From the UHGV virus genome UHGV-0104965: DNA of 16,371 nucleotides. The stretch is one strand, 5' to 3'. This DNA is from a virus. Both the position numbers and the translations under genes were made by a program. The notes below the pieces were generated by a model. It saw only the letters and a program-made list of their open reading frames with translations, did not search any database and had not been told where the DNA came from. This document shows, one piece after another, positions 14,537 through 16,371 of this stretch. Position 1 is the first letter of the stretch. Every line of letters starts with the position of its first letter.

Positions 14537-14560
14537 AAATCCCCGGCGCCGCGGGGATTT
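14537..14560 (+). other. Intergenic GC-rich hairpin (possible weak terminator/attenuator)
   Basis: AAATCCCCG-gcgccg-CGGGGATTT, 9-bp stem, followed by ATTTATT; between the YfdQ-like and HD-domain genes. Confidence 0.35.
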
Positions 14561-14659
14561 ATTGAAGCGCAATTCCCTTTATTAATCGCCAATGGCGAGG
14601 GATTCGTACAACCAAAAACTGGCGCAGGTGCAGCTGCCAAATATGGAGAAGAAAATACG

Positions 14660-15199
14660 ATGAGTTATATCCAGACACTTTCAGGTAAGAAATTTGATTA
14701 CCTCAATTCAACCACTGACGACGTAGAGATCGAGGATATTGCGACCGCACTTTCCCACATCTGCCGCTTCAGTGGTCATCTGCCGGAATTTTACAGCGTG
14801 GCCCAGCACTCGGTACTGTGCAGCCAAATTGTGCCGCCAGAGTTTGCCTTTGAAGCCCTGATGCATGACGCAGCTGAAGCCTATTGCCAGGACATCCCAG
14901 CCCCCCTGAAAGCATTGCTTCCAGATTACCGTCGCATTGAAGAGCGGGTAGAACAGCTGATCCGGGCCAAATTCAGCATCACCCCTGATATGTCAGCGGT
15001 AGTGAAATACGCCGATCTGGTGATGCTTGCCACGGAACGCCGCGATCTGGATATCGACGACGGCTCACTCTGGCCTTGCCTCGAAGGTATTCCGGCCAGC
15101 GACATTATCCAGATCGTCCCTCTTCGCCCAGGCCAGGCATATGGCTTGTTCATTAACCGTTTCAATGAGCTTATGGAATCACGCGCATGCCTCGCATGA
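14660..15199 (+). CDS. HD-domain phosphohydrolase (YfdR-like 5'-deoxynucleotidase family)
   Basis: Metal-binding residues in SVAQHSV and LMHDAAEAY (HD motif); 179 aa; GGAGAA SD before ATG at 14660. Confidence 0.9.
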   Translation: MSYIQTLSGKKFDYLNSTTDDVEIEDIATALSHICRFSGHLPEFYSVAQHSVLCSQIVPPEFAFEALMHDAAEAYCQDIPAPLKALLPDYRRIEERVEQLIRAKFSITPDMSAVVKYADLVMLATERRDLDIDDGSLWPCLEGIPASDIIQIVPLRPGQAYGLFINRFNELMESRACLA

Positions 15200-15384
15200 A
15201 GATAAAAGAACTGGTAGCCGCAGCCCATGCTGCGGCGGGGAAACTGCCACCAGCAGAAGCCTCTCTGATGCGTGAGGTAGCCACTCGCCTGGACGTGACA
15301 TTTGCCGCCTTGACGGAATCGATGGACCAGCGAATGAGCCTTGACGCCGAAATTAACCATCTTCGTCAGGAGTCCGTCCAATGA
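15196..15384 (+). CDS. Small hypothetical protein (about 62 aa), translationally coupled on both sides
   Basis: ORF 15187..15384 trimmed to ATG at 15196, which overlaps the upstream stop (ATGA); its own stop overlaps the next ATG at 15381 (ATGA). Confidence 0.55.
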   Translation: MKIKELVAAAHAAAGKLPPAEASLMREVATRLDVTFAALTESMDQRMSLDAEINHLRQESVQ

Positions 15385-15884
15385 CCACCAACAAATACGC
15401 GACTCTGCGCGGCACAATCGCCAGAGCTAAACGCAACGACTGCCAGAAGGTAGTGATGCGTGTGACGTTAGTTGAAGAACTCCTCCTTCAACTGTCAAAT
15501 GTTGAGAGGCAGGTAGCTGCGCTGGCTGCGGAAGTTCAGGCGGTGCGATGGGCTGCCGGGAAGGTTTATTCAGCTGGGTATAATCATGGGCACCTTAACA
15601 CTGCTGATGAACTCCCCTATGCATCTGATGAAGAACTTCTTCAGAGAGGAAATGAAGTCCTTATCGAGTTCACCGACCCAGACCATTCAGGCAATGTGAC
15701 CGACGCTGTACTGGATGAAGTGCGTGCCCACGCTATCAAATCTGCCCTCAACGATTGTACGGAGTGCCTCGATAGGGACTGCATCATGGATTCGAAAGGC
15801 ATCAGTTATGAAGATGCTGCACTCCATGAAGCGGGGGCTATGGCACTGCATGATGCGTTACTTCGCCAGGAGCGTGCCGTATGA
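15381..15884 (+). CDS. Hypothetical early-left protein (167 aa), possibly Ead/Ea22-like
   Basis: Protein-like composition with predicted coiled-coil N-terminal half; coupled to flanking genes by ATGA overlaps. Family assignment is a guess. Confidence 0.8.
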   Translation: MTTNKYATLRGTIARAKRNDCQKVVMRVTLVEELLLQLSNVERQVAALAAEVQAVRWAAGKVYSAGYNHGHLNTADELPYASDEELLQRGNEVLIEFTDPDHSGNVTDAVLDEVRAHAIKSALNDCTECLDRDCIMDSKGISYEDAALHEAGAMALHDALLRQERAV

Positions 15885-16102
15885 GTTCAGACATCATCGA
15901 TCAGGCAAACGAACTGGTAGAGCACCGCCTGCAGCTGGCCATACAAAAACACCGTATTGATCAGAATGCAGTCTCTGCAGAGCACTGTTCTGAATGCGAA
16001 GAGGACATTCCTGAGGCGCGCCGGGTTGCAATGCCTGGCTGCAAAACGTGCGCCAGTTGCCAGGAAGTTTTAGAGCTCATGATAAAGCAGCGTAAGGGGT
16101 GA
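15881..16102 (+). CDS. TraR/DksA-family C4 zinc-finger protein
   Basis: CSECEEDIPEARR...GCKTCASCQE: two Cys pairs in the spacing typical of phage TraR/DksA-like zinc fingers; 73 aa. Confidence 0.85.
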   Translation: MSSDIIDQANELVEHRLQLAIQKHRIDQNAVSAEHCSECEEDIPEARRVAMPGCKTCASCQEVLELMIKQRKG

Positions 16103-16108
16103 TCGACA

Positions 16109-16321
16109 ATGGCAATAAACCAGAAAATAAAAACCCATACCGGAACCATCATCACCAAAGATGGCGAGAAAACCGTGCAGTTGCGCGAGACTCCAACGAC
16201 CTGGTGTGTTGGCCGCACTGAAACCTACCGGAAAGAAGATGGTCGCCGTAGCGGTGCACCGCTGACATCACGCCGTTTGATTCTGAGCAGCATTAAGCCG
16301 ATAGAAGGTGGTACAACATGA
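16109..16321 (+). CDS. Small hypothetical protein (70 aa)
   Basis: ATG at 16109 preceded by GGGGTGA SD; stop overlaps next gene start. Confidence 0.7.
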   Translation: MAINQKIKTHTGTIITKDGEKTVQLRETPTTWCVGRTETYRKEDGRRSGAPLTSRRLILSSIKPIEGGTT

Positions 16322-16371
16322 GCACTATTACCAGAGAACGCCTACTCATAATCCAGCAGTGGCGCGAAACA
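16318..16371 (+). CDS. Hypothetical protein, 5' end only (truncated by window edge)
   Basis: ATG at 16318 overlapping previous stop (ATGA); reading frame open to the window end (MSTITRERLLIIQQWRET...). Confidence 0.5.
   Translation, partial: MSTITRERLLIIQQWRET

Noticed and set aside
13262-15417. Minus-strand ORFs 13262..13471, 13706..14011, 14063..14572, 14230..14412, 14416..14640, 14926..15417 and plus-strand 15027..15275
   Set aside because: Antisense or out-of-frame relative to the plus-strand early-left genes, which are supported by SD sequences and ATGA coupling.
15715-16218. ORFs 15715..15960 (+) and 15961..16218 (-)
   Set aside because: Overlap the 167-aa gene and the TraR-like gene in other frames or strand; no start signals.

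Overview
This window is an internal segment of a lambdoid (Qin/Rac/CPS-53-like mosaic) enterobacterial prophage. All calls come from reading the sequence and ORF translations; no database search was run, and hand-derived coordinates may be off by 1-2 bp. From right to left: (a) a plus-strand early-left operon (13269-16371) with a YfdQ-like protein, an HD-domain hydrolase, a TraR/DksA-type zinc-finger protein and small ORFs; (b) an immunity region with a CI-type repressor (HTH plus S24 peptidase, 12014-12640) divergent from a Cro/YdaS-like gene, flanked by CTAAG-type operator palindromes and canonical TTGACC-17-TAATAT / TTGACC-17-TAGATT promoters; (c) a minus-strand early-right operon: CII-like regulator, an unlisted 59-aa ORF, an O-like replication initiator with internal iterons and AT-rich tract, a phage Dam methyltransferase, a large C5-cytosine methyltransferase with four tandem TRD-like modules, a Rha/KilAC antirepressor, a YdfU-like protein and a putative Q antiterminator; (d) a late region: candidate pR'/tR', an AT-rich moron (185-aa protein plus unlisted 53-aa protein with its own terminator), a third methyltransferase (DPPY class), and a pinholin / SAR-endolysin / spanin lysis cassette with an unlisted embedded o-spanin, followed by an AT-rich lipoprotein moron. 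Most notable: three DNA methyltransferases of different classes in one prophage, one apparently multispecific; the AT-rich moron of unknown function; and no N-like antiterminator ORF downstream of PL.
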